Of a stretch of 64,000 nt of DNA, positions 10,462-19,708 are shown one piece after another (positions within the stretch are counted from its first letter, which is position 1; each line of letters starts with the position of its first letter). The translations under genes and the position numbers were made by a program. The notes beneath the pieces are model-generated. The model searched no databases, was not told the origin of the DNA, and saw only the letters and a program-made list of their open reading frames with translations. The DNA comes from Paracoccaceae bacterium (lineage in GTDB: Bacteria; Pseudomonadota; Alphaproteobacteria; Rhodobacterales; Rhodobacteraceae): positions 637 to 64,636 of the forward strand of contig PACC02000043.1 in the NCBI GenBank assembly GCA_002699695.2, given 5' to 3'.

Positions 10462-11658
10462 ATGATTAAAAAATTAATTATTTCTGTAATGATTTTGTTT
10501 GGATTTAGTACAGTTTCTATCGCCGATGTAAAAATTGGTAACCCAATGGCACGCACAGGTCCTATTCCGGAGCTTGTAAAACCAATGTCAGCAGCTGTGG
10601 ATCTTGCAGTTGAACATGTAAATGATCAAGGAGGCTTATTCTCTGATGGTCAGAAATATATAGCTGTAAAGGTGGATAGTGCCTGTGATCCTGTAGCTGC
10701 AGTTGATGCTGTGACTAAACTGGTTAATGTAGAAGTTGTGACCGGAATAGTGGGCCCAGTATGTTCTGGCGCTACTATAGCTCAAGCAGAATCTGTGTCC
10801 ATTCCAGCAGGTGTGGTAACATTATCTGTTTCTGCATCCTCTCCTGCCATAAGTGAAATGGAGAGCAATACTGATTTAGTTTTTAGAACTGCAGCATCAG
10901 ATGCTTATCAAGGGATAGCTTTGGCAGAGTTGGCCATGTCAAAAGGTCTTAAAGAAATTGCTGTTTCTTATGCTAACGATGATTATAATGCTGCTATAGC
11001 AGGAGTTTTTACCAAAGCTTTTACCTCCATGGGAGGTAAGATCACGGGTAATGAAGCACATGAACCTAATAAAGCTTCGTATAGATCTGAGGTTAATACT
11101 CTTGGTGCTGGTTCAAATAATCTTGCCCTTTTTGCATATTATGGTTCTAGCGGAATTACGATAATGCGAAATGCTATGGAAACTGGAGCATTTGAAAATT
11201 TCATAGGTGCTGATGGGATGCTAGCGCAGGAAGTTATTGACCAGCTGGGTGCTGAGAACCTAGGGAACGTTACTTTTACCACCTCAGCTTCGGATTCAAG
11301 TACGGATGCTTTCAAATCATGGAAAAAGCATGCTGACGCGGCAAATGTACCAGCTTCAGATCCATTTGTGCCAAACTCTTATGATGCTGCCTTTCTAATG
11401 GCTTTAGCTATAGAAAAAGCTGGTTCTGCAGATCGATCAAAAATAGCAGCAGCACTTCGAGAGGTTGCTAATGGTCCAGGAGAGAAAATTTATCCTGGTG
11501 AATGGAAAAAGGCTAAAGGGATCATAGCATCTGGTGGATCTATCGACTATGTTGGTGCTGCGGGACCTCAAGATTTTGACAAAAATGGCGATGTAGCTGG
11601 CTTGTTTAGTAAAAACACCGTTGTCGATGGGAAATGGAAATCTGTCGTTATAAAATAA
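10462..11658 (+). CDS. HAAT ABC transporter periplasmic binding protein (type 1 PBP)
   Basis: Signal peptide, DSACDP/GPVCSG, FRTAASDAYQG, YDAA, FDKNGDV; last gene of the operon. Confidence 0.9.
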   Translation: MIKKLIISVMILFGFSTVSIADVKIGNPMARTGPIPELVKPMSAAVDLAVEHVNDQGGLFSDGQKYIAVKVDSACDPVAAVDAVTKLVNVEVVTGIVGPVCSGATIAQAESVSIPAGVVTLSVSASSPAISEMESNTDLVFRTAASDAYQGIALAELAMSKGLKEIAVSYANDDYNAAIAGVFTKAFTSMGGKITGNEAHEPNKASYRSEVNTLGAGSNNLALFAYYGSSGITIMRNAMETGAFENFIGADGMLAQEVIDQLGAENLGNVTFTTSASDSSTDAFKSWKKHADAANVPASDPFVPNSYDAAFLMALAIEKAGSADRSKIAAALREVANGPGEKIYPGEWKKAKGIIASGGSIDYVGAAGPQDFDKNGDVAGLFSKNTVVDGKWKSVVIK

Positions 11659-11672
11659 CATGATAGAACTTC

Positions 11673-11705
11673 AAAAAAAGCCCCAAGACTATCTGGGGCT
11701 TTTTT
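11673..11705. terminator. bidirectional intrinsic terminator
   Basis: AAAAAAAGCCCCA-agactatc-TGGGGCTTTTTT: GC stem flanked by A and T tracts between convergent genes. Confidence 0.88.
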
Positions 11706-12252
11706 AATTCAAGAGAATAGGTTTGTTGGATTTTGAACTGCTCTCTTTTAACCATGGGGGAAATGCTTTTGTTTCCCATTCAGCCTTTAGATAAATTTTA
11801 TAAACGGCATTTAACCACTGTCTCAAATTTGTGGTTGCAAGATCAAATTTAGCTTTACTTTTTGTAATATTTGATACTTCTGTGTTCTCACCTAGGAACA
11901 CGAGTTGGAAAGTACTCTCACTCCGACGAATCTGAATGCTGGTAACCAGCCAAGAAGGATTCTTAATTTTCATTTTGACGGCCTCAGCTTCTTGTTTGTC
12001 CAGCTCAGCCTTTTCTTGAGCTAGGGATTGTTCCAGTTCCGTTGGTATCTCGTTACTTGACTTAACTTCTAGTTGATCAGTTAAGCTTGGTATCAACCTA
12101 TCTAAGAGTCTTCTTGATAGCCAAAGTCTTTCAACTTTTTCATTTTTGTCTGAAGAATCCATAACCACACGATCTTCCATTGGATTGAAGCTCATGGTTA
12201 CAGTACTAATGAAGAAAGTTTCCTGGGAGTCCTGATTTATTACTTTTGACAT
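11704..12252 (-). CDS. conserved hypothetical protein (EDR...LWLSRRLL...LRQWL...W..PPW pattern)
   Basis: 182-aa ORF that shares the terminator with the ABC operon; motif pattern recalled from uncharacterised proteobacterial proteins. Confidence 0.75.
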   Translation of the reverse strand: MSKVINQDSQETFFISTVTMSFNPMEDRVVMDSSDKNEKVERLWLSRRLLDRLIPSLTDQLEVKSSNEIPTELEQSLAQEKAELDKQEAEAVKMKIKNPSWLVTSIQIRRSESTFQLVFLGENTEVSNITKSKAKFDLATTNLRQWLNAVYKIYLKAEWETKAFPPWLKESSSKSNKPILLN

Positions 12253-12286
12253 TTTTATGAATACCCAGCTGTATTTTTTTTATAAA

Positions 12287-12739
12287 TTAACTTGTTTTTA
12301 ACTGGCCGCATAAGTCGGTCATTTTTCTTATTGCTATATTGTAGCCTTCAGTTCCAAAACCAGCAATAACTGCAGTAGCTTTTTGTGAAACATAGGAATG
12401 ATGTCTGAAGTTTTCTCTTGTATGGATGTTACTGATGTGAACTTCAATTATAGGTCCTTCAAATAGGGTCAGAGCATCTAAAATAGCTACCGATGTGTGA
12501 GAAAAGGCTGCAGGATTAATAATAACACCATTAGCTTCTTCTCTAGAAGCGTGAATCCAATCAATGAGATCGTGTTCTGCATTGCTCTGGAAAAATTTTA
12601 GCTTTGCATTATATTTTTTTGCTGTTTCAATACAACTTTTCTCAACATCTCTTAATGTTTTTCCACCATAAAGTTCTGGTTCCCTTTGGCCTAAAAGGTT
12701 CAGGTTAGGGCCATTAATTACGTAGATTAAATAGGACAT
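12287..12739 (-). CDS. aroQ: type II 3-dehydroquinate dehydratase
   Basis: NGPNLNLLGQREPELYG, INPAAFSHTSVAILDA, EVHISNIHTRE. Confidence 0.97.
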   Translation of the reverse strand: MSYLIYVINGPNLNLLGQREPELYGGKTLRDVEKSCIETAKKYNAKLKFFQSNAEHDLIDWIHASREEANGVIINPAAFSHTSVAILDALTLFEGPIIEVHISNIHTRENFRHHSYVSQKATAVIAGFGTEGYNIAIRKMTDLCGQLKTS

Positions 12740-12807
12740 TTCATGCTCCTTAATTTTAATTCACATCTTGCTAAACTAAAAGCTAAGACGACTAAACCAT
12801 TAAAATA

Positions 12808-14007
12808 TTATGTAACAAGTTTTCTTTTTGTATACTTTTTATTCTTCCACATATTTTCTTTGATTATGAAATTTAATTTTTGTGCAGCTATAATAGCTTG
12901 ACTCTCATTATTAAAAAGAGGGTTAAATCCGAAACGCATAATATCAGGTTCTCTGTAGTCGCCTATGACTTGATGGTCGATTAGCGCTTGCATTTTCTCG
13001 TAAGCGTACCGTGTCCTAAAGGAAACCTGGCTACTCCTTAAGGAAGGATTTCTCGGACTAATAAGTTCCAAATCGAACCCTAAACTCTCTATTTCTTCAA
13101 TAAATAGTTGGGTTATATCTTGAGCTTTTTTTCTAAACACTTTCATGTTTACTTTTTTCCAAATCGCCAAAGCAGCCTTTAAAGCTGCCATTTGTATCAC
13201 TGGAGGGGTTCCAATTCTAAATTTCCTTATGCCTGACGCCGGTACAAAGGATAGATCAAATTTAAAAGGAAATTCGTGACCAAGCCAACCAGAAATCTCC
13301 GGTTCTATTTTAGGTATATGGGATGGTTTTACATAAAGGAATGCAGGAGCTCCAGGGCCTCCGCACAAAAATTTGTACGTGCATCCAACTGCAAAATCTA
13401 TATCATGTTGGTCTACATTTAGGCACAGTGCCCCAACAGAATGGGCTAGGTCCCAGACGGTTACTATTCCTTCTTTTTTTGCTAAATTAGTCAATTTCTC
13501 TATGTCGTGAACATACCCTGTTCTGTAATCAACTTGTGTTAACATGAGGATAGATACATCCCCTTTTCTTATTTCGTGCTCTAAACTATCTGTGTTGACT
13601 AACCTAACAGGTGGTAGATTTTTTTGTTTTAGAATAGAATTTGCCACATAAATATCTGAGGGGAAATTGCCTTTGTCACTTAGAATAACTCCATCCTTGG
13701 GAGCGATCTGTATAGCACTTGCCAAGGCCTGATATACTTTAAAAGAAAGAGTATCTCCTACTGTAACACAATCTCTTTTTGCTCCTATCAGACTAGCTAT
13801 ATCATTTCCCAAAGTTTCAGGCTGATCCATCCAACCTGACTGATTCCAGCCTTTTATCAGAAGTTTGCCCCATTCATTATGAGTGACATTTGAAATTGCT
13901 TTGGCAGCACCTTTTGGTAATGGGCCTAAGGAATTTCCATCTAGATAAATTAGATCTTTGGGAATTTCAAATAGGGAATTGAATTTCAAGAAAACATCAT
14001 TTTCCAT
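12808..14007 (-). CDS. kynU: kynureninase
   Basis: YLDGNSLG, WDLAHSVG, GCTYKFLCGGPG (PLP Lys), GDYREPD. Confidence 0.93.
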   Translation of the reverse strand: MENDVFLKFNSLFEIPKDLIYLDGNSLGPLPKGAAKAISNVTHNEWGKLLIKGWNQSGWMDQPETLGNDIASLIGAKRDCVTVGDTLSFKVYQALASAIQIAPKDGVILSDKGNFPSDIYVANSILKQKNLPPVRLVNTDSLEHEIRKGDVSILMLTQVDYRTGYVHDIEKLTNLAKKEGIVTVWDLAHSVGALCLNVDQHDIDFAVGCTYKFLCGGPGAPAFLYVKPSHIPKIEPEISGWLGHEFPFKFDLSFVPASGIRKFRIGTPPVIQMAALKAALAIWKKVNMKVFRKKAQDITQLFIEEIESLGFDLELISPRNPSLRSSQVSFRTRYAYEKMQALIDHQVIGDYREPDIMRFGFNPLFNNESQAIIAAQKLNFIIKENMWKNKKYTKRKLVT

Positions 14008-14114
14008 AAAGGCTATTGATCTTTCATCTGGTTAAAGTATACCTGGGCTCACTGATAATGGACCCTACCGTTTTGTCAATATTGATGTATTCAAAAATCT
14101 AAAGGGTTGGAACC

Positions 14115-15053
14115 ATAGGAATTTTCTACAATATTTTTTTCAGAGCTGCTGAAAGTTTTTCGAGAGAAACGGTTTTAGGTTTTCTGGCAGCCATTGCAGT
14201 AGTTTTTATTTGGTCTTTTTGGCTAATTATTAGTCGTTTAGGAGTTCAGACTTCATTGACGATCTATGATTTAACAGCTATTCGTTTTGGACTGTCATCA
14301 TTGATAGTTTTTCCATTTATATTTTATTTCAAGACATGGCGAACGATTAGTTTTGTCAAATCACTTGCTGTTGCTTTTTCAATTGGCCCTATTTATGCCC
14401 TTTTAGCTTTTGGGGGCTTTATGTTTTCTCCAGCCTTTCATGGTGGGGTATTCATGAATGGATTTCTTCCATTTATTGTAGTTTTGTTGGGTTTTATTTT
14501 TGGTCAAAGAATAAAAGTTCTACAACTTGTTGGTATTACGTTTATTTTATGGGGTTCAATAATAATTTTGTTTGAAGCACAGGGCTTTTCCCAAAAAAAT
14601 AGTTGGTTCGGTGATGTCTTGTTCATCTTAGCGGCCTTTTTTTTAGCATTCTTTATGAATCTTGTTAAGAAATGGGACCTTCAATACATTCAGATTTTAT
14701 ATTGTATCTGCTTGGTTAACGCAGTTTTCTATTTGCCTTTTTGGTTCTTTTTTCTCCCTAGCGGTATAGAATCATTTAACATTTTTTGGCATGATCAAAA
14801 CGTTATTATTAACGTTTTGTTTCAAGGATTTATTCCTAACCTTCTAGGTTTATTTTTAACGGCATATTCTGCCAAGATTATTGGCCCCCCCAAAGCCTCG
14901 GCTGTACTTGCAGCAGTTCCAACTATGGGCGCTTTATTGGGATTTCTCTTGCTTTCAGAAACTCCCACATTTTTTGGATGGGTGAGCCTTGTCGTAGTTT
15001 CAACAGGGATTTTGATGGTAGTGATTAAGGGTGATGATATTGGAAAATGCTAA
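14115..15053 (+). CDS. DMT/EamA family transporter; start uncertain (non-canonical or disrupted)
   Basis: Frame is open from 14103. The first TM helix (RETVLGFLAAIAVVFIWSFWLIISRLG) lies upstream of the first TTG at 14256. Confidence 0.8.
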   Translation: MGIFYNIFFRAAESFSRETVLGFLAAIAVVFIWSFWLIISRLGVQTSLTIYDLTAIRFGLSSLIVFPFIFYFKTWRTISFVKSLAVAFSIGPIYALLAFGGFMFSPAFHGGVFMNGFLPFIVVLLGFIFGQRIKVLQLVGITFILWGSIIILFEAQGFSQKNSWFGDVLFILAAFFLAFFMNLVKKWDLQYIQILYCICLVNAVFYLPFWFFFLPSGIESFNIFWHDQNVIINVLFQGFIPNLLGLFLTAYSAKIIGPPKASAVLAAVPTMGALLGFLLLSETPTFFGWVSLVVVSTGILMVVIKGDDIGKC

Positions 15054-15511
15054 TGGAATTCTAATGGAATTGTCACAGGTCCATCGTTGAGGATTCGTAG
15101 CTTCATGTGACTTCCAAAAATACCCGTTTTTGTGGGTATTTTTTTTCCTTTAAAAATCTCAACTAATTGATCAAAAATTTTCTTTGCATTCACTGGAGGT
15201 AGAGCGTTCTTAAAATCTGGTCGATTACCACTTTTCGTATTAGCAGCTAAAGTGAACTGACTAACCAATAAAATTGAACCCTTAACATCGAGAAGAGATT
15301 TGTTCATTTTACCAAATTTATCCTCAAAAATTCTAATTTTTGAAACTTTTTCTACAACTTTTTCACATGTTTGATTGTTATCATTTGGCATTGCACAGAC
15401 AAGTGTTAAAAGGCCCAAACCAATAGAACCCACAATCTTTCCATTTACCTCTACTGAGGCACAAGATACCCTCTGAATATTCAATAACAAGCTATTGCTC
15501 TCTCTCTGCAA
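15050..15511 (-). CDS. dtd: D-aminoacyl-tRNA deacylase
   Basis: IQRV, SQFTL, GNRPDF, NDGPVT. Confidence 0.95.
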   Translation of the reverse strand: MQRESNSLLLNIQRVSCASVEVNGKIVGSIGLGLLTLVCAMPNDNNQTCEKVVEKVSKIRIFEDKFGKMNKSLLDVKGSILLVSQFTLAANTKSGNRPDFKNALPPVNAKKIFDQLVEIFKGKKIPTKTGIFGSHMKLRILNDGPVTIPLEFH

Positions 15512-15583
15512 ACATATTCAATCACTATTGAATTACATAGTCTATATGATAGTTTTAGTTACTACTACTGCGTCAGGTTATTA

Positions 15584-17104
15584 ATGAAAAACCCCCTTTT
15601 TGAGAAGCTCTTCAAAAACAAAGAAAATGATGAAAATGTATTCCTTTCTTTTGGTGACGGGACTTCCCTTACCTATAAGGAATACGTGAAAATGATCTAT
15701 GAATTTTCGTCTATCTTTAGCTCGATAGGATTAAAGCCAGGAGACAGGTTAGCTTTGAAGATAGAAAAATCCCTATATTTTTTGGTTGTTTATGGTGCTT
15801 GCGTTCATAGAGGGCTGATTTTTTTACCTATAAATGATAGTGCCACTACTAAAGAATTATTGTATTTTCTTAAAGATTCAGAAACCAGAATAGTAATTTC
15901 AGACAAAGAACAGGTTCATGAGCTAAAGAAATTTTTGATTAACTCTGATGTACTAATTGAGACATTAGAAAAAGATGGCACTGGATCATTACGAACTATA
16001 GCAAAATGTGCACACTTTTCAGCTGAACCAGAAGTTAGAAATTTACAGGATATCGCCGCACTTCTTTATACTTCTGGAACCACTGGAAGACCAAAGGCAG
16101 CAATGATTACACATGAAAATTTGATCTCAAATTCGAAAACTCTTATGGAATTTTGGCGCTTTTCTCGTAAAGACATACTTATTCATGCATTACCAGTTTA
16201 TCACACCCATGGTCTTTTTGTAGCTACTAATGTCATTTTAATGGTATCAGCAAGGATGATTTTTATTAGTAAGTTCGATGTTGATAGTGTCATTAAGGTT
16301 CTTCCTAAAGCTACCACTATTATGGGAGTGCCTACTTACTATTCAAGACTCATCGAGTCTCCAAATTTGACCAAGGAATTGACCCAGCACATGCGTTTAA
16401 TTATATCTGGAAGCGCTCCGCTTACTAAAGAATTAAGTGACAAGTTTTTTGAGAGAACTGGGAAGAGAATTCTTGAAAGATATGGTATGACTGAGACCAA
16501 TATGATTAGTTCTAATCCATATTTTGGAGAGCGAAGAGCGGGAACTGTTGGTCATGCTCTGCCAGGAATTAAAATAAGAATTTGTAACCCTGAGACTGGC
16601 AAACGTTTATCTCGTGGGCACGTGGGGGAAGTTGAATTAAAGGGTAAAAATGTCTTTCGGGGCTATTGGAAGATGTCAAAAAAAACCCAGGAAAACTTTA
16701 GACATGATGGTTTCTTCAGAACGGGAGATCTTGGGAAATTTGACCAGCAAGGCTTCTTAGAAATTGTCGGTAGATTAAAAGACCTGATTATTACAGGAGG
16801 TTTAAATGTTTACCCTAAAGAGGTAGAAACCATATTAGACAGTTTTTCTGGAGTTAAAGAAAGTGCGGTAATAGGAGTGCCTCACTTTGATTTTGGAGAG
16901 GCTGTATTGGCTGTGATCATTAGTGAAACAGGATCTGTCCCTGATGTAAAACACATAGCACAATATCTAGAAGGTAATTTGGCCAAATATAAATGCCCAA
17001 AGGAGTACATTTTTATGAATAGTTTACCTCGAAATAATTTGGGAAAGGTGTTAAAAAAATCCTTAAGAGAAAAATACAGAAATTATTTTACTAATATAGA
17101 GTGA
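15584..17104 (+). CDS. matB: malonyl-CoA synthetase (MatB-like acyl-CoA ligase)
   Basis: LYTSGTTGRPK, HALPVYHTHGLFVATNV, ILERYGMTET, GTVG. Confidence 0.88.
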   Translation: MKNPLFEKLFKNKENDENVFLSFGDGTSLTYKEYVKMIYEFSSIFSSIGLKPGDRLALKIEKSLYFLVVYGACVHRGLIFLPINDSATTKELLYFLKDSETRIVISDKEQVHELKKFLINSDVLIETLEKDGTGSLRTIAKCAHFSAEPEVRNLQDIAALLYTSGTTGRPKAAMITHENLISNSKTLMEFWRFSRKDILIHALPVYHTHGLFVATNVILMVSARMIFISKFDVDSVIKVLPKATTIMGVPTYYSRLIESPNLTKELTQHMRLIISGSAPLTKELSDKFFERTGKRILERYGMTETNMISSNPYFGERRAGTVGHALPGIKIRICNPETGKRLSRGHVGEVELKGKNVFRGYWKMSKKTQENFRHDGFFRTGDLGKFDQQGFLEIVGRLKDLIITGGLNVYPKEVETILDSFSGVKESAVIGVPHFDFGEAVLAVIISETGSVPDVKHIAQYLEGNLAKYKCPKEYIFMNSLPRNNLGKVLKKSLREKYRNYFTNIE

Positions 17105-17107
17105 ATC

Positions 17108-17758
17108 ATGAGCCTAGAGGATATTTTATCTAGAGTAGAAGTTGCTGAAATAGAAACTGGGAGAAAAAAAGGTTCTGTTAATATAATTGCGGTTTCAAAA
17201 GTACAGCCTGTCGAAAGAATCAAGCGAGTTCTTAATCAAGGACACCGGGTTTTTGGAGAAAATCGTGTAAAGGAGTCCTTAGCGAAGTGGCCTGTATTGA
17301 TTGAAGAGTATGGGGAAATTGAATTGCATCTATTAGGGCCCTTACAAACTAATAAAGTAAAAGAGGCTACGCAATTTTTTAATGTGATTCATAGTGTAGA
17401 TCGTAAAAAATTAGTTTTAAAAATTGACAGTGAAGTTCAAAAAAGAGGGATTTGTCCAGCATTATTCATTCAGGTTAATACTGGCAATGAACTCCAGAAA
17501 GCTGGGGTGGCTTTAGAACATTTGGAAGATCTTTTTAAGTTAGCAAAAGAAGAATATTCTTTACCAGTTATTGGTTTGATGTGCTTGCCTCCAGTAAATG
17601 AACCTCCTTTGACTCATTTTAAGAAACTTTCTAGCCTAAATGAGCACCTGGGGCTTTCAAGAATTTCTATGGGTATGAGTAATGACTTTGAAGACGCCAT
17701 AAAATCAGGAGCTACTGACATTCGAGTTGGATCAGCAATATTTGGTTCACGTAGCTAG
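17108..17758 (+). CDS. yggS: PLP homeostasis protein YggS
   Basis: AVSK, FGENRV, LQTNK, SMGMSNDFE.AI..GAT.IRVGSAIFG. Confidence 0.95.
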   Translation: MSLEDILSRVEVAEIETGRKKGSVNIIAVSKVQPVERIKRVLNQGHRVFGENRVKESLAKWPVLIEEYGEIELHLLGPLQTNKVKEATQFFNVIHSVDRKKLVLKIDSEVQKRGICPALFIQVNTGNELQKAGVALEHLEDLFKLAKEEYSLPVIGLMCLPPVNEPPLTHFKKLSSLNEHLGLSRISMGMSNDFEDAIKSGATDIRVGSAIFGSRS

Positions 17759-17762
17759 TCTG

Positions 17763-18878
17763 CTAATTTTGAGCAAATATGTGACCACTTTTTCTTTTCT
17801 TTGTTTCTAAATACTGTTTGTTTTCATTAGTAGTCCTGGTCACTAATGGTACGCGACTTACTATTTGTATGTCAGAATTTTTGAAATTCGCTACTTTCAA
17901 AGGATTATTTGTCAAAAGATCTATTTTCTTGACTCCCAATTCTTTCAAGATTTTTGTTCCTACTGTAAAGTCTCTTTCATCGTCTTCAAAACCGAGTTGA
18001 TGATTTGACTCGAATGTATCTAGTCCAGCGTCTTGTAGTTTATAGGCTCGCATTTTATTAGCTAAGCCGATCCCCCTACCTTCCTGATTCAAATAGAGTA
18101 TTATGCCACATTTTGCCTTCTTTATTTTGTTGATAGCTAGGTCCAATTGTTCGCCACAATCACACTTAAGGGAATGCAAAATATCACCTGTAAAACAAGC
18201 TGAATGTAATCTAGTCAGTATTGATTGAGAAAAATCCAAGGCTCCAATCTCAACAGCATAATGCTCTGATAAGCTGATAGGATCCCTAAAAACTGAAACT
18301 TTAGAGGAGAGCCCGTAACGTAGAGGAACTCGTCCTGAACTAATCAGCACAGGGTTAGGGTTAGATTTTTTGGAAATTATAGAGTTGGAGATGTTTTGAT
18401 ATAACAAACCTTCTCCTTCGAGCTTTTTTGCGGTTTCACCGTCTATAGGAATAACCAAAGTAGCAGGTAATAGCTCAGCCTCTTTACAATATTTGATTCC
18501 AATTCTTGCTATTTCTGAATCCCCATTTCGAAAACTTTCATATGGTCCTTTCATAGGATACTCTAAATCAAGTGAGGGATCTGCAGTGGCTTTGATCCAG
18601 TTTAGGTCAATCTTTTTTTGTATTTTTAGCCTAGCGATATCGTTTTCATATACTCTGGCTTTTAGTAAATCAGCACGTTTTTTTGTTACCGCTATATAAG
18701 GATCAGGCTTTGATAATGAGAAAAATGTTTTTAATTTATCAAAATTTTCTGCAGTCAGTGTTTCAATTGAAATAATTAAAGCATTTTTATTCTTGTTTTT
18801 AACAATAATAGGAATGCCAAATTTCAAGTCACTGATCTGTCGAATAGACTGTTCTTCTTGTGTGAGGTAGGAGTGCAT
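17763..18878 (-). CDS. ribA: GTP cyclohydrolase II with a degenerate DHBP-synthase-like N-terminus
   Basis: RLHSACFTGD, LKCDCGEQL, QEGRGIGLANK, LLTNNP. Confidence 0.93.
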   Translation of the reverse strand: MHSYLTQEEQSIRQISDLKFGIPIIVKNKNKNALIISIETLTAENFDKLKTFFSLSKPDPYIAVTKKRADLLKARVYENDIARLKIQKKIDLNWIKATADPSLDLEYPMKGPYESFRNGDSEIARIGIKYCKEAELLPATLVIPIDGETAKKLEGEGLLYQNISNSIISKKSNPNPVLISSGRVPLRYGLSSKVSVFRDPISLSEHYAVEIGALDFSQSILTRLHSACFTGDILHSLKCDCGEQLDLAINKIKKAKCGIILYLNQEGRGIGLANKMRAYKLQDAGLDTFESNHQLGFEDDERDFTVGTKILKELGVKKIDLLTNNPLKVANFKNSDIQIVSRVPLVTRTTNENKQYLETKKRKSGHIFAQN

Positions 18879-18989
18879 CTTAAACTTTCAAAATCTAGTT
18901 CTTAATAATATAGTTGCTCAATTAATAAAATAAATACCAAACAGATTCTTATGCTAAAGAAAACCAAAGTGTATAGTTTGAGAAACGTA

Positions 18990-19697
18990 ATGAAAAATGA
19001 TAGTAAAGAAACTAAAAGTTTAGCATTAGTAGACAATGATCTAACTCTCTATAATGAGCTAGAAGAGCAACAGAATTTTGAGCGAAACTATTTTTGGCGA
19101 CATTTTAAAAAACTAGATAATTTTATTCAAGAAGCGCAATCAAAGGTTTTTGACCTAGTCATTTTCAATCAGCCTAACTCTGAACAAAAAAGGGTAGAAA
19201 AATCTTCTATTTCACTTTTGAAATTGCATCATGTTCCAACAATTGTTCTTTTTTCAAAAAATGATGCAAAGGATTACAATACTAAGGATGGTAATTTAGA
19301 AAGCTTAACGTTTATAGAAAAACCGTTTAGATTTGTGACATTAGTTGAAATTATGAATGAAAAATTTAAGTTTCAAGAAAAATCTAAATTTCTAACCATA
19401 GTAATTGGGCCTTACTTTCTCAAACCTTTTGAAAAGGTAATAGTGGATAATTTTGGGGAAGAGTTGTTGCTAACAGATACGGAAGTTAAAATAGTGAGAA
19501 TACTTTCCAAATATGAGGGGGTCTTTGTGAGAAAGGAATTTGTTATGGAAAAAGTTTGGGGAATCAAGAAGTTTCTTGAAACACACACCTTAGAAACTCA
19601 TATCTATAGGTTGAGAAAGAAAATTCAGAAGAAGTTCAATGAAGATTTATGGATTAAGAGTAAGAAAGGAAGATACGCACTTGGATACAAATATTGA
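18990..19697 (+). CDS. OmpR-family response regulator, CenR-like, with a degenerate receiver domain
   Basis: C-terminal THTLETHIYRLRKKI winged helix; located between ribA and xth; alternative start at 18951. Confidence 0.8.
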   Translation: MKNDSKETKSLALVDNDLTLYNELEEQQNFERNYFWRHFKKLDNFIQEAQSKVFDLVIFNQPNSEQKRVEKSSISLLKLHHVPTIVLFSKNDAKDYNTKDGNLESLTFIEKPFRFVTLVEIMNEKFKFQEKSKFLTIVIGPYFLKPFEKVIVDNFGEELLLTDTEVKIVRILSKYEGVFVRKEFVMEKVWGIKKFLETHTLETHIYRLRKKIQKKFNEDLWIKSKKGRYALGYKY

Positions 19698-19708
19698 AGA
19701 AATATGTT

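Noticed and set aside
17763..18878. RibA N-terminal extension as a novel domain
   Set aside because: Fits the degenerate DHBP-synthase-like region common in alphaproteobacterial RibA.
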